Assembly: GCA_012295275.1 (NCBI GenBank)
Contig: CM022678.1
Coordinates: forward strand, 7,316,001-7,380,000
DNA from: Chrysomallon squamiferum
Lineage: Eukaryota > Animalia > Mollusca
Length of the DNA: 64,000 nt
Direction: 5' to 3'
Shown: positions 16,911 to 61,735 of the stretch, one piece after another
Numbering within the stretch: position 1 is the first letter of the stretch
How the letters are laid out: every line of letters begins with the position of its first letter
The notes under the pieces: model-generated
The model's input: only the letters and a program-made list of their open reading frames with translations
Told to the model about the DNA's origin: nothing
The model's database searches: none
Program-made: the position numbers and the translations under genes

Positions 16911-17067
16911 CGATGTGTTAGCAATGGGTGCCATACGTTCGAGTCTCGTCAGCGGCATCTGACGGGTTTGTGACGTCGTGATTGGACTTTGTCCTCCTGC
17001 GCCAGTGCGTTCCCGAATACTGTCTATGTGCAGAGTCTATTCAGACGTACTTAAAACAGAGAATATT
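16911..17067 (+). mobile_element. Second, 5'-degenerate copy of the same SINE
   Basis: ggtgccatacgttcgagtctcgtcagcggcatctgacg...gagaatatt is shared with 56191-56331; the A box is missing. Confidence 0.72.
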
Positions 17068-17643
17068 CACACCTCAGTACGTATGTGCCAGTTTTAGGTT
17101 TCCCCACCACACACACAAACACACACACACACATTTACACAAATGAACTGGGAATCAACTTATCATAGGTCCACAAGTACAACGAAAAAGAAGTAAATGA
17201 CTTAATTGATCAGTTATTTCTCTTTCAACACCTGAATTTTGTTTGTATCTGGCCCGACATAAGCAATAAATATAAACATTCAAATTGGTCTATATTTAGC
17301 CACTTGACGTCAATAATACGATGACGTCAGCATAATAGAAACTTTGACTTTATTTGTTCGCTGTTATAACAAAGCCGTGTTTTGAAATAAGGTATGTAAA
17401 CTTTAAATTGAAGCGATTATTGTTGTTGTTGTTGCTGTTTTTGTATTAAGTATTTATTATACACAATATTAAATCAATTTCTAAGTATAGAGGAATCATA
17501 TATTTTCACACCAAAGAAATAAATTTAACCTGATCGATAGCAAATCTTATGATTCACCAAATCTCGGTTCAGGCTGCAATTAATTAATACACGATTCAGA
17601 CACACACACACAAAGACACACACATACACACACACACACATCC

Positions 17644-17681
<38 letters not shown>

Positions 17682-17838
17682 GCACACACACACAAACACA
17701 TAACTTTTATTATTAAGATTATAAGAATATACATTTACTGAAAGATTGCTAACACTAAGTGTCCTATACTTTACGAAAGGAAAAACGTTATTTGAAAGTT
17801 AAGAAAAATAAACTTCTAAATAAATTTAGACAACAAAC

Positions 17839-17940
<102 letters not shown>

Positions 17941-19214
17941 TACAGATAGAGAGAGAGAAAGAAAGAAAGAGAGAGAGAGAGAGAACAAGGATGAAAGAAT
18001 GAAAAAAACTATTTATTTATTTATTTTTTTATTTTGTTGGTTATTTGGTATAAAAGTGTAGATAATCAGCAATAACCTCGGATTATCTGTGTTTGATCAG
18101 AAACTCGGGTTTATTCCCAATTCCTCCGCGGTTCGTTTCTCGTCATTGTGACGTTTTTGTAACCCGAACGAATTAGAAACGAGCGTCTCCCGAGCTTGAC
18201 GTTCAAACCAAAGTAGAGAAAACACAGTTACTGTCTGCAATATCAATCCCGTTTTTGTACAGCGAGCCATTCGAATTTCTGCCCCTCAACCGTCAATCGA
18301 TTTCGCGCTCGCCAAAACGTGTTTAGGGGCGCGTTTTTGATTGACAAGTGTTTGTTACTTGGTTACCGTCTGCAGATGGTAACGTTTCGCTTTGCCGCCT
18401 TTTTATTTCACCCCCTACCCCTACCCCCGCCCCCGGGGCTCCCTTGACAAGCCGATGAATTTGCAGCTCTGTCAATACATTTTTTTGTGTTTTGAGTTTG
18501 TCGAAACTTTCCAAGTGACCGCTTTGACGGTATACTCTGGGAACGGGTCAAGATGCCTGGCCTACATTTTCGCACTCGATTAACTAATTGAGTCGCGGAG
18601 GAAAAAGAAAGAAAAAAAGAAACGACGAGATGTGGCTCGTCGTAATCAGACGTCGTCGTTGTCGCGTGAAGGAAGCCACTTGTTCGAGAAGAAAGCGCGC
18701 GAAGTTTTATGTACGGTGACGTCGTAGCCAGAGGCGGGTAATTTTTTTATTTTTTTATTTTTTTATTTTTTTTTGAGCTTACAAATAAAATTATGTTACT
18801 GTTCCGTGGTGTGTTGGGTTAACGTAATGATTTTTTTTTTTTTTTCAAAAGTTTTTTTGTTTTTTTGTTTTGCTTCTGGCTGTCCTGTTTTTATAATTCA
18901 GAAAAAAGTAATGGTGGTTAACAATTTAAGGTTAAGATATCGATGGTTATCGCTGTAGCGGTGAAGGTGTAAAATGTTCCCCATGTAAATTTATTTTTAA
19001 AAGTAAGTGATTGTTAATGTTTCCATGTTGTTGGTTTTGGTTTATTTTTTCTTTCTTCTTCTTGTTGCAATCTTGATATTAATGTAGGTATGTAAATAAA
19101 TTATTTTTTAAAAAAGGAATATATCTATAAAATGTAAGATGAAGTGAAAGAAGAATATGACAGAAAGAAGCAAAGAGACTGAGAGAGATAGAGAGAGAGA
19201 GAGCGTTAGAGAGT

Positions 19215-19304
<90 letters not shown>

Positions 19305-19313
19305 TAAATATAT

Positions 19314-19414
<101 letters not shown>

Positions 19415-19977
19415 GAGACAGACAGAGTAACCAGCGAGAGCGGGAGATACAGAATAAGAGTGACAGAAAAGTAGAGACAGCGAAAGAAAGACAGAGAAAG
19501 AGAGAAGTAGAAAAAGACAATGAATGAAAAAAGGACGCTTAACAAAGAAAATAACTGTAACAAAACTGAAAGAAAAGATAAATAAAGACAAACGAGAGAA
19601 AGAAAAAAAAAACAGAAGAAGAAAAATCCACGTTATTCAACAACTTATTTCATTCATAAGACAAAATCACTTTACCACCTCGCTTTAATCTGAACCAGTC
19701 TGAATAGACTGTTATCACGGGTTATGGCGGATAGAATCAGAAACCTCAACTGACTGCAGACTCGATATTTAAAGGTCTCGATATTTAAAGGTGTCGTTGG
19801 TTGTGTATACTAATTGGTAAGTCAGATAGAAATCACTCGTATGTTGTCTGTGAAACACAATGAATCACAGTTCAAGTGATACGTAACTAATACAGTAAGC
19901 ATGAAGTGACAGTTTATACAGAACTAAACAATCTTTTCAAAGACTTTATTCACGACATTATGCCACCCATTCACAAA

Positions 19978-20067
<90 letters not shown>

Positions 20068-20315
20068 GGATGGATTTATGCACGTGTATGTGTGTATGTA
20101 TCACTATGTATATGTATACATGTACAAATTTAGTATTACGTATGTATGTAAGTATGTGTGTATGTATGTATATTTTATGTATGTACGTAAATACCTGTGT
20201 GTGTCTGTACGGTGTGTTTGTGTACTGTACATGTCTATAAATAATATAAATTAATCCCTATATTTTGTTTGTCATTGCTCCTCACATTTTGTGTATGTGT
20301 GTATGTGTGTGTGTC

Positions 20316-20361
<46 letters not shown>

Positions 20362-20862
20362 CCTGTATTTTTCAGTCTTTCTTTTTGTTTTGATTTGTAC
20401 TCAGCTGATCAGTTTTTCTCAACGTTTCTTCCTTTTCTTTTTCACTCTCTTTCTATCATTTTTACTTCGCTTTGTTTCAATTTTTGTACAGGTTAATAAG
20501 ATTTTTAAAAACTCTTTTCGTCAAGTTTAGTAAACCACTACTTGTAATGGCCGCATCACAATAAATCCAGAGTTATAACAGAATCTCTCATTTATTTTAT
20601 TATGTTTTTATCAAATCCAGTATAATGCCCGGGTAGTGTTTATGTGTATAATTACATATTATTATACTGTTCTGCAATACAGTATGATGCTCGAATTTTT
20701 GGCACTGAATAGCGAAATCCCACATCGGTCGGCAAGAAATGATATGTACTAGCAAAGAGATTGTACGTTGTGTAACATAGTGGTTACACATAACCGCACA
20801 AAAGTTGCATGTTATAGAGATAAAAAGGTGTTACACTTTACAGCAAATATATTTAGACATTA

Positions 20863-21360
20863 AAGCAAATAGGTTACACAGTATAGCGAATAAGTTATAC
20901 AGTATAGCAAATAGGTTACACAGTATAGCAAATAGGTTATACAGTATAGCAAATAGGTTACACAGTATAGCAAATAGGTTACACAGTATAGCGAATAAGT
21001 TATACAGTATAGCAAATAGGTTACACAGTATAGCAAATAGGTTATACAGTATAGCAAATAGGTTATACAGTATAGCAAATAGGTTATACAGTATAGCAAA
21101 TAGGTTACACAGTATAGCGAATAAGTTATACAGTATAGCAAATAGGTTACACAGTATAGCAAATAGGTTACACAGTATAGCAAATAGGTTACACAGTATA
21201 GCAAATAGGTTACACAGTATAGCAAATAGGTTATACAGTATAGCAAATGGGTTACACAGTATAGCAAATGGGTTACACAGTATAGCAAATAGGTTATACA
21301 GTATAGCAAATAGGTTATACAGTATAGCAAATAGGTTATACAGTATAGCAAATAGGTTAC
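20863..21360. repeat. 21-bp minisatellite (~24 copies), consensus ATAGCAAATAGGTTAYACAGT
   Basis: Directly visible; gives the (ANRL[HY]SI)n pseudo-ORF. Confidence 0.95.
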
Positions 21361-21499
21361 ACATCACAGAAAACGGTTTACACGTGTAGATCATATATTA
21401 CAGTTTTTAGAAAAAAAGGTTCTCGTTGTAATAAAATCTTTACATATCACGTCACCGAAAAGACATTACAGATTTAGGTAAAAAAGTAACAAATTATAG

Positions 21500-22045
21500 C
21501 AAACAGTTATCCCATAATAACAAAGACGTCACAAATTCTGGGAAAATGTCGCAAGTTACAGTAAAAACTTTACAAGTTATAGCAAAGACGTTACAAGTTA
21601 CTGAAAAGACGTTACAGGTTACTGAAAAGACGTTACAAGTTGTGGCAAAAACCTTACAAGTCATATGAAAGACGTTACAAGTTGCTGAAAAGACGTTACA
21701 CATTATGGGAAAGACGTTACAAGTTATATCAAAGACGTTACAAACTACTAAAAATATGTCACATATTATGGCAAGGACATTACAAACTATAGCAAGCACT
21801 TTAAAGGTTATATGAAAGACGTTTCAAGTTATATCAGCGACGTTACAATTTACTGAAAAGACGTTACAAGTTATATCAAAGACGTTACAAGTCACAGAAA
21901 ATACGTTACAAACCCGAAAAGACGTTACAAGTTATATCAAAGACATTACAAGCTACTGAAAATACGTTACAACTTACTGAAAAGACGTTACAAGTTATAC
22001 CAAAAAGACGTTACAAGCTACCGAAAAGACGTTACAAGTTATGAG
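21500..22045. repeat. Diverged ~21-bp minisatellite, core AAAGACGTTACAAGTTA
   Basis: GACGTTACAAG recurs at about 21-bp period. Confidence 0.85.
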
Positions 22046-22079
22046 AAAAAAAACAACTTTACACGTGAGAGAAAAGAGG

Positions 22080-22386
22080 CTGTGTGTGTTATCGCCTTAA
22101 CCAGAGCGACACGGAGCCACGGAAGTAAATAATCTCTCGACTCGATGCTAACGAACGTAACAAAGCAGCAGACTGCTGCCGTAATAGACCGCTGCCCTCC
22201 GCCGACAGCAAACACGTCAACATCGGCACAAAATCAATGTCTGGTCAGTGAAGATATTAGATTTTCCCCTTGTTTACGTCTGCGGCTGGACAGCGGTCAG
22301 AGAAAAGGTAGGGCATAGGTCACAGGCTTCCCTCGCGAGAGGGTGACTCCGGTGAACACGAGAGTACAGACGGATTGCGAAGGAAA
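22080..22386 (+). promoter_or_regulatory. Possible promoter/5' UTR island
   Basis: Non-repetitive, CpG-enriched segment with CGGAAGT (ETS-like, about 22120) and TCAGT (Inr-like, about 22245) ahead of the candidate ATG. Confidence 0.3.
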
Positions 22387-22480
22387 ATGTTGTTTAGTTT
22401 GTTTTTGATGATGCTGGCGTTCGTAGAAACTGATGGGTTCTTTTTTTTTTTTTTTTTTTTTTTCTGTCAATATTTTTTTT
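22387..22480 (+). CDS. Candidate first coding exon (signal peptide) of the GRL101-like gene; 3' end uncertain
   Basis: gaaaATG then MLFSLFLMMLAFVETDG, which is signal-peptide-like, in a CpG-rich unique island 2.3 kb upstream of LDLa1. The only phase-1 donor seen is T|gtatga at 22480/22481, beyond a T23 tract, so this is tentative. Confidence 0.35.
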
Positions 22481-22637
22481 GTATGAAATAAGCTTTCTGA
22501 GATTTGCTTTCTAAAAAGAATCCTCTATGTGTGTTTTTCTTGTGCCTGTCTATCAGTCTGTCTGTCTGTCTCTCTTCATGTATACTTAATTTCTTCAATT
22601 TATCTTATATCTGTTTATCAGTCTCTATATATCCATC

Positions 22638-22702
<65 letters not shown>

Positions 22703-22705
22703 GTC

Positions 22706-22738
<33 letters not shown>

Positions 22739-22753
22739 GTCTGTCTCTCTCTG

Positions 22754-22841
<88 letters not shown>

Positions 22842-23133
22842 CCTCTCCTCTCTTCTCTGACTTCCCCTCTGTGGTTCACTCTTCGTCTTCTCTCGTTTTC
22901 TTTCATCTATCTGTCTGTCTGTCTTTATAATCTATCTGCGTATCTATCCATCCATCCATCTGTATATTTAATCTGGGGATTTTCTGTGCATCTGTATGTG
23001 TGTCTGCATATCTATGTATATGTACATATGCATATATGTGTATCTGTTTGTATGTATGTAATGATGCTAAAGTTACGGTACCCTTCTTTACACATATTGA
23101 ATATCCTTTTCATTTTTCTTTTTTTATCTTTTT

Positions 23134-23166
<33 letters not shown>

Positions 23167-23619
23167 TTATATTTTTTAATATAAATTAATACATCTGATC
23201 ATTAATTTCTACATTTCATTAAATTACTTAACGCAGATTAAATGTATATTTCGTTTTAAAAACGACAGGGATCTTTAATTAGTTATATATATCTAGTTCA
23301 GTTGTCCTTACACAACCTAGATTGATCAAGAAAATGTTTCGCCCGCAGTTCTTTGGAAGTAAGAGTATCAAACAGTCCATATAATATTAAATGTTATTTC
23401 ACGAATTCGACTGACCATGAGAATAGTTATCTGAGCAAGAACTACGTGTATTGAAAAATATTTGTATTATTAAAAATATTGACTTCAACTCGTACGTTCA
23501 TCAGTACTGTTTATCTATCGAGACTTTGGATCAAAGGATTTCGAAAGATCCTTATACTATTTGTGTTATTAAAATATTATTATTATTATTTGACCTAGGA
23601 ATCCGTTATAATTGTTAAA

Positions 23620-23960
23620 CAGACTCACTTTGGAAAGAAATATTCGCGTTAAAATATTTCTATATGACCTCGGCTGGTGTGACAAACCTTACTAAGCTAG
23701 TTCTAGGGACCAGTTATTTTGGGAAAATTCCTGTAATGTTAAATTATCTCTTTATGAAGTCGCTTGATTAGACAAAGCTAAATAAGCCAATCTTTGGAAT
23801 CAAGTATTCAGGAAAATAAAAATATATATATGATGTTAAATTGCTTCTGTATAACTTTGATGGGTGCAACAAAACTTACTAAACTAATCTTTGGAATGAA
23901 ATATTCTGGAAATGTTCAAGTATTGATAAATTATTATTTTTTTATGAAATCGGATGGACG
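23620..23960. repeat. Highly diverged ~85-100 bp tandem repeat
   Basis: Recurrent ctttggaa..tatt..tgttaaatt..tatga..gacaaa.ct.a.taa blocks. Confidence 0.5.
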
Positions 23961-24768
23961 AAAAAGAATGTTAAAAATTTGATTCTGTATCTATATTAAC
24001 TTTCTGTTTCTGCTTTGAGTATGAAAATTGCAGCAGAAAATGAAGAAAGAAGGTCAAAAATTGGATTATGTATCTGTATCAACTTCGTTTTTTTTGCTGT
24101 TACAGGAATGTAAACTGTAACAGAGAAAGAGGAAGAATGTTAAATCTTCGATTGTGTATCTATACCGATTCATACTTTCTCTTGCAGGAGTAGAAATTGC
24201 AGCAGAAGAAAAAGGATTTTGAAAATTCCACTGTGTGTCTGTATTAACTTGTAGTTTGTGTTACAGGTGTAGAGATTGTAACAGAAGACGAAGGAAGGAA
24301 ATGTACAGAAGAGTGTGTGTGTCTGTATTAACTTGTAGTTTGTGTTGCAGGTGTGGAGATTGTGGCAGAAGACGAAGGAAGGAAATGTACAGAAGACTGT
24401 GTGTGTGTCTGTATTAACTTGTAGTTTGTGTTACAGGTGTAGAGATTGTAACAGAAGACGAAGGAAGGAAATGTACAGAAGAGTGTGTGTGTCTGTATTA
24501 ACTTGTAGTTTGTGTTGCAGGTGTGGAGAAGACGAAGGAAGGAAATGTACAGAAGACTGTGTGTGTGTCTGTATTAACTTGTAGTTTGTGTTACAGGTGT
24601 GGAGATTGTGACAGAAGACGAAGGAAGGAAATGTACAGAAGACTGTGTGTGTGTCTGTATTAACTTGTAGTTTGTGTTGCAGGTGTGCAGATTGTGACAG
24701 AAGACGAAGGAAGGAAATGTACAGAAGACTGTGTGTGTGTCTGTATTAACTTGTAGTTTGTGTTGCAG

Positions 24769-55080
<30,312 letters not shown>

Positions 55081-55302
55081 TGGAATACAAAATTCTAAAT
55101 TAATATATGAATAAGATAGGACACAGTTATTTATTTGATGTTGTCTGAGATGCTGTATGTTTTTTAAGTGTACGGAAAGTGTATGAATTCTTCCAGACAA
55201 TCAGGCAAAACGAAAGCTTTATATGAATGTACGGCACACATGTTTACTTCATAACTTCCAGAAGTAAACTTCTAATCATTATTATTATTATTATTATTAT
55301 TA

Positions 55303-55438
<136 letters not shown>

Positions 55439-55657
55439 GTGATGATGATGATTATTACAAACATTTAAGGATTAACTAATCATTTCTAATATTTATTGTT
55501 AATTTCTCGTATTAAAATTGTATTTACTTACTTGTGTATAGATCTACTTAAGTATTTACTTATTCATTTACTTACCTAAAAACTTCCTTCCTTCCTTACT
55601 TACTTACGTATTTATTTATTTATATTTATTTACTTATTTACTTAAGTAGAAACTTTC

Positions 55658-55700
<43 letters not shown>

Positions 55701-55823
55701 TTGCAGTAATGAAACGCATGGTCATAATCCTTTGGGATATTCTTAATGAAAAATCATAAATCTGTTTATTTTGTCATCACTGTACTTGTGCATATTCATT
55801 CATGCGTTACAATCAGGGTCGTT

Positions 55824-56007
<184 letters not shown>

Positions 56008-56140
56008 CTTTAATAAGAAATTTTACTTAGCTATGAGGTTTAAAAAATGAAGATATATATACATATACTGTACAAAACTGTAAATGTTTGTAATATATAA
56101 AGTATAGAAAATAACATGAAATACGTACACACGTAAGACT

Positions 56141-56331
56141 GTGTTGATGGCCGAGTTGTAACGTCATCGGCCTACGAAATGTGAGTTAATGGTGCCATAC
56201 GTTCGAGTCTCGTCAGCGGCATCTGACGTGTTTGTGAGGTCGTGATTGGACTTTGTCCTCCAGCGCCAGTGCGTTCCCGAATACTGTCTCTGTACAGAGT
56301 CTAATCAGACGTACATAAGACTGAGAATATT
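56141..56331 (+). mobile_element. tRNA-derived SINE (tRNA-Ser-like head), more complete copy
   Basis: A-box-like TGGCCGAGTTG and B-box GTTCGAGTC, then a ~110-nt body; about 150 nt nearly identical to 16911-17067. Confidence 0.75.
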
Positions 56332-56772
56332 TCCTAGCAAATTACATACATATGTACGTACGTGCATGATATAATATACACAGATACATACATATACATA
56401 TGTTCACACAAACATATACACACGTAGAAATACAACACACATAATTGTTTGCATACGTAAATGACTGGTTTTAGTAATGTATCAATATAGTGCTAGTTAC
56501 CACGTATCAAATTTTGTTTTTAACTTATTTCCCATTTAGTTAGTACAATCGTCAACCGTGTTATTAAAATTGATTTGTTTTCTAAATTATAATGCTCGAT
56601 TCCGCATGTTTATATATATATATATATGTTCATGTAAATGGTGTGTAATTTGCTCACATATAAAGAATATATTTTTTGTTGAAATATTGGTGCTTTTTGT
56701 TATTATTTACGTTATGAACACAGAACTAGACTGTGTAAATTGTAGATATAGCTTTTGTGCAATGAATGTCAG

Positions 56773-56895
<123 letters not shown>

Positions 56896-57579
56896 AGGAC
56901 ATGGAATGAGAGATCCACACACATATACAGACATGGATTTTCATATACATTATAAAACAACAACAACTGTAATGGTGATAATGATGATAATAACAACAAC
57001 AATAACAACAACAACAACAAGAATAACAATAATAACGACAATAACAACAACAACAACAACAACAATAATAATAAACATAATAACAATAATAATAACAACG
57101 ACAACAAAAATAATAACAACAATATTTTTAACAACAGTAAAGAAAACAACTCAGCAGACATTTTGCTCTGATAAAAGTGTTAAAATAATAAATAATATTC
57201 CATAATAATAAAAAAAAAAAAAAATAATAAAAGAAAGGGTATTGACAAGACTACACGAAGATCAAAATGAGAAACGTTCAGAACTGCACAGAAAAGCAAA
57301 TTGATAGCTTTTGCAGTAGTAACAAATCCAGAAAAACACAGTAAAAAACCTGGCTGACAATGCGAAACTATATCATTAGCTTCCCTCCGATGTTCGCGGC
57401 TTTTCGGCAGATTGCCTATTACCGAACAATACAAACTGCATTTCTTTTGGCGATATTGAAATCCAGGGCTGTTTATTAGGTGTCAGTAAGTCAGCGAAAT
57501 GTCACAGTTTTATTTTTTTTTTTTTTATTTCTTGGCACCACAAGCATCTTTCTTCGTCGAAATATCTTACACGGAAATA

Positions 57580-57720
57580 ATCAGCCGATCGTAATACGTT
57601 ACCGACGAAACAATGAAATTGTCTCTATGACGTCAAAGGTGAAACAAGCCAATCAATATCGATCTTACAATATCTCTTCAGCCAATCGTGGACGTCGGTG
57701 CCCGCAGGGTCAATGAAGAC
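57580..57720. promoter_or_regulatory. Promoter-like cluster: CRE plus two CCAAT boxes
   Basis: TGACGTCA 57628-57635, AGCCAATC at 57647 and 57680 (33 bp apart), CpG-rich. Confidence 0.4.
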
Positions 57721-58247
57721 GTAAATGGCCGTTTTGACCTGGTTGTAAACAGTGCACTGAACAGATTGAAATGGGAGAAAGGTTTATTACGAAGCTGATG
57801 AAAAATGTTTCACGAAAAAGGCGAAATATTTTTCTCGCTTTCTGGAGTATGGAAATGTTTCGTTAAGAGCTGGAGATAAAACATTCTGTGAATTGTGATG
57901 ACGACTGTAATAACGGGGGAAACAAACAATGATGACGTTGTATTTGCGCGATATTAAAATAAATAAAATGTTAATGGCTGTTAGTCTGAGATTTATTGCG
58001 TGTTTTGCAGATTAACTCTTCTTGTAAAGTGTCGAGCTGGTATTAGTAGTAGAAGTTGTTGAGGTAGTAGTCGTGGTGTCATTAGTACCAGAAGCAGTTT
58101 TTATTTTGTGTCTATCTATCTATCTATCTATCATCTATTTCTATCTATCTATATATATATATATATCTACACCTACCTATATCATATACATATACATCTA
58201 TCATCTATCTATCATCTATCTATCTCATATCTTTCATCTATCTATAT

Positions 58248-58280
<33 letters not shown>

Positions 58281-59767
58281 CATACATACACACACATTCA
58301 CATTCATATATATATATGCACACATATTCATATATATACATAGTATATACATATATACACACACATATATATATGCACACATATTCGTACATAAGTATAT
58401 ACATATATACATACATATATACACACACACATTTTAGATATATATATATACGCACACACACATTCGTACATACATAAATACACACACACATTCGTATATA
58501 CATACACACACACACACACACATATATATACACAGATACTCACAAACATACATCTGACTACATACAAATATATAACTACATACATACACACAATCATACA
58601 CAAACATACGGTACAGCAATAAATCTCAGTTTTTAAAATGACCTAACAATAAAATCCCCCAGCGATCCGTATTACATTTTTCAATCAATTCTGAAATTTT
58701 GTGGCCTTAATACTTTCATTTCTATTTATCCAGAGATAACTCTGAACCGAACTGTCGCTGTTTGATCAATCATATTCTGTCTTTGATGGCTTTTCTTGGC
58801 ACCCATTCTGAGAATTCCATTCTACAAAATGATATAATGTTATCAATCACGTATGTAACACGCGAGTTTTTTAACGACCTTTCAGAATGCAAACTCAAAT
58901 CTCACCAAAACTACGAAACGAACACAAAACTTATCAGTGAGGATTTGTAACATAATAATTTCCATCAATAAAACATATATATATATATATATATATATAG
59001 TTTCTTTAACCGTATTTTTCAAAAGTTTTTTTTTTTTTTTTTTCTCAAAATTAGCCATCCGTAGCCAATTTTTGACTTTATCTTGTTTGTGACTTAGGCT
59101 TTATAATGAACAGTGGTGACCTAATTGTGATTGGTAGACGGCTGGACACAGTCGTGTTTGTCAGAAATCTCGCTGGGCAAAACGTCGCAGGGCTGAGACA
59201 GGAATTCGGACAGCGACCTTCATCACGTTACAAGCGTGCAAGACGGGTTAATTGTGAAAGTGTGTTGAAATGTATCACTTGCACGGGCGAGAGATTGGAA
59301 TACACGATCTTCCTGTCGGAGTCGAATTTTAGACGTGAAGCGAAGAAGAAGAAGAAGAAGGAAGAGAGAATAGAGAGAAGAAGAAAAATATAGAGAAAAA
59401 TAAGAAAAATAGAGAAGAAGAAGAAGAAGAAGACGAAGAAGAAAAAAGATTATTGACAATGATAATTATCATAATGATATTATGACTAAAAGAACAGTAA
59501 CTGAAACATTAACTATTATAGTTTGTGAATGTTACTACAATTACCACTACCACCGTTAATAACACAATTACAACTATGGGTCTACTGTTAATGTTATTAC
59601 CACTAAAACGACGTTTCCTACTACTACTGCAACCATTATTAGTACTACAACAACAATTATTATTAAATATTTCTGCTACTACTACTTCTACTCTTACATT
59701 TTAATATTTCTATGAATTTATGATAACTGACCCTGGCAATCTTTGCTTTATTTTAGGAACATAATAA

Positions 59768-60122
59768 TCAGTTTCTGTATATTACGATGAAAAGAACGTA
59801 ATAATCAATTTCTGTGTATTTTAGAATTACGCTGAAATGAACGAAACAATCAATTTCTGTGCATTTTAACATTACGCTGAAACGAACGTAAAAGTTAGTT
59901 TCTGTGTATTTTAACATTACGCTGAAACGAACGTAACAAACAATTTCTGTGTATTTTAACATTACGCTGAAACGAACGAAACAAACAATTTCTGTGTATT
60001 TTAACGTTAATCTTAAACGAACGTAACAATCTATTTCTGCGTATTTTAACATTACGATGAAACGGACGTAACAATCAATTTCAATGCATTACGCTGAAAC
60101 GAACGTAATAATCAATTTCTGT
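59768..60122. repeat. 45-bp minisatellite (~7-8 copies)
   Basis: caatttctgtgtattttaacattacgctgaaacgaacgtaacaa repeated. Confidence 0.9.
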
Positions 60123-61254
60123 GAGTTCTATGGACGGCAAGCCAGACTTCATGTATAGGGTATCGCTCTCACAAGAAAAGACAGAATCCATATTTTATTA
60201 GAAAAACCTCTATAATCCGCAAACAGTTTACAAAGGCGCAGTCTCCGTGTCACTTTCAGAACGTGTCGGTTGCAGACGTCGTTTGACAGGATTGTTCACG
60301 TCTCAGAGGCAGCTGACGTCGTTTTCGTTTCCGTCGTTTTGTTGTTCTTTCTTCAAAAAAACACGAAGTGTGATTATTATTACTTCTCCCTTTTTTTTTT
60401 TTTTTGCTCCCTGACTCTAGATGGAAAACATTAGATGTGAAAAACGTAGTAGTAGTAGCAGTAGTTGTGGTGGAGGTGGTTGTAGTAGAAGTAGTAGTTT
60501 CAGCAGAACCAGTAGTTGTAGTAATGGTGGAGGTAATAGTAGCGTAATTGTAGTAGTAGTAGTAGTAGTAATAGTAGTAGTAGTAGTAGAAGTAGTAGGA
60601 TCAGTAGTAGTAATAGTAATAGTAGTAGTAGTAGTAGTAGTAATAGTAGTTGTAGTAATGCTATTATTATTGTTGTTATTATTATTAATAGTAGTAGTGG
60701 TTGTAGTATGGTAATAGTGGTACTAATAGTAGTACTTGTAGTAATAGTAGTTGTTGTACAAGCAGTAGCAATAGTAGTATCAGTAGTAGCAGCTGTTATT
60801 ATATTAACAGTACTAGTGGTAGTAGTGGTAATATAGTAGTAGTAGCAGCGGCAGCATAAACAATAGGAGTAGTAATAGTAGTAGTATACAAAGATACTAG
60901 TTTTATAGTCATTCTCTTTACTTTATCACTAACTATTTCAAACCATATATGTTCACATATATAATCAATGAATAGACGGGATTCACTAAACCAGCAATAG
61001 ATTTGTTCTGTTCTGACTGAAACAGACAAGCCTCTTGAGTGCAAAATTAATTTCAATGACCTCTTCCGCGTTGCCTTAACAACCAGATGCGTCGTAGACT
61101 AGGACCATCGTTAGGCAATGAATACTGAATTAATATTCCATTTTCTTTTTCTTAACATGGGCAGAAGAAGAATTTATCTATCTATATTTCTGTCTATGTA
61201 TATATATCATTCCATCCATCAATCCATCTATTTATCTTTTTCACTGTCTTTCTG

Positions 61255-61435
<181 letters not shown>

Positions 61436-61693
61436 GTCTGTCTGTCTGTCTGTTTGTATATTTATTCTACTATCTACCTAACATACATTCAGTCAGTCTA
61501 CCTATATATATATATATATATAAATCTGTCTGTCTGTCTGTCTGTCTATCTATCACATGCAGAGAATAATTTATAACAGACAGTTAGATAAAAATCACCA
61601 ATCAAGTAACTCTACATTAATCACAAGCAAACACGTTTTCTAATTATGCATAAAGTAAACTAACTCTTCAGACAAAGCAATATGAAAAAACAA

Positions 61694-61735
<42 letters not shown>

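Noticed and set aside
19760-19816. Possible exon ending at a strong ttg|gtaagt donor
   Set aside because: In-frame TAA in the required phase-1 frame; at most a UTR exon, and unsupported.
20805-21394. 194-aa and 187-aa repeat ORFs on both strands
   Set aside because: A by-product of a 21-bp stop-free minisatellite; no splice or domain support.
24235-24584. Cys-rich ORFs (CSLCYRCRDC...) resembling metallothionein or zinc fingers
   Set aside because: An alternative frame of the junction repeat, broken by (GT)n length changes.
56141-56221. Functional tRNA gene
   Set aside because: The acceptor and anticodon stems are broken, and it is fused to a body shared with a second copy, so it is a SINE.
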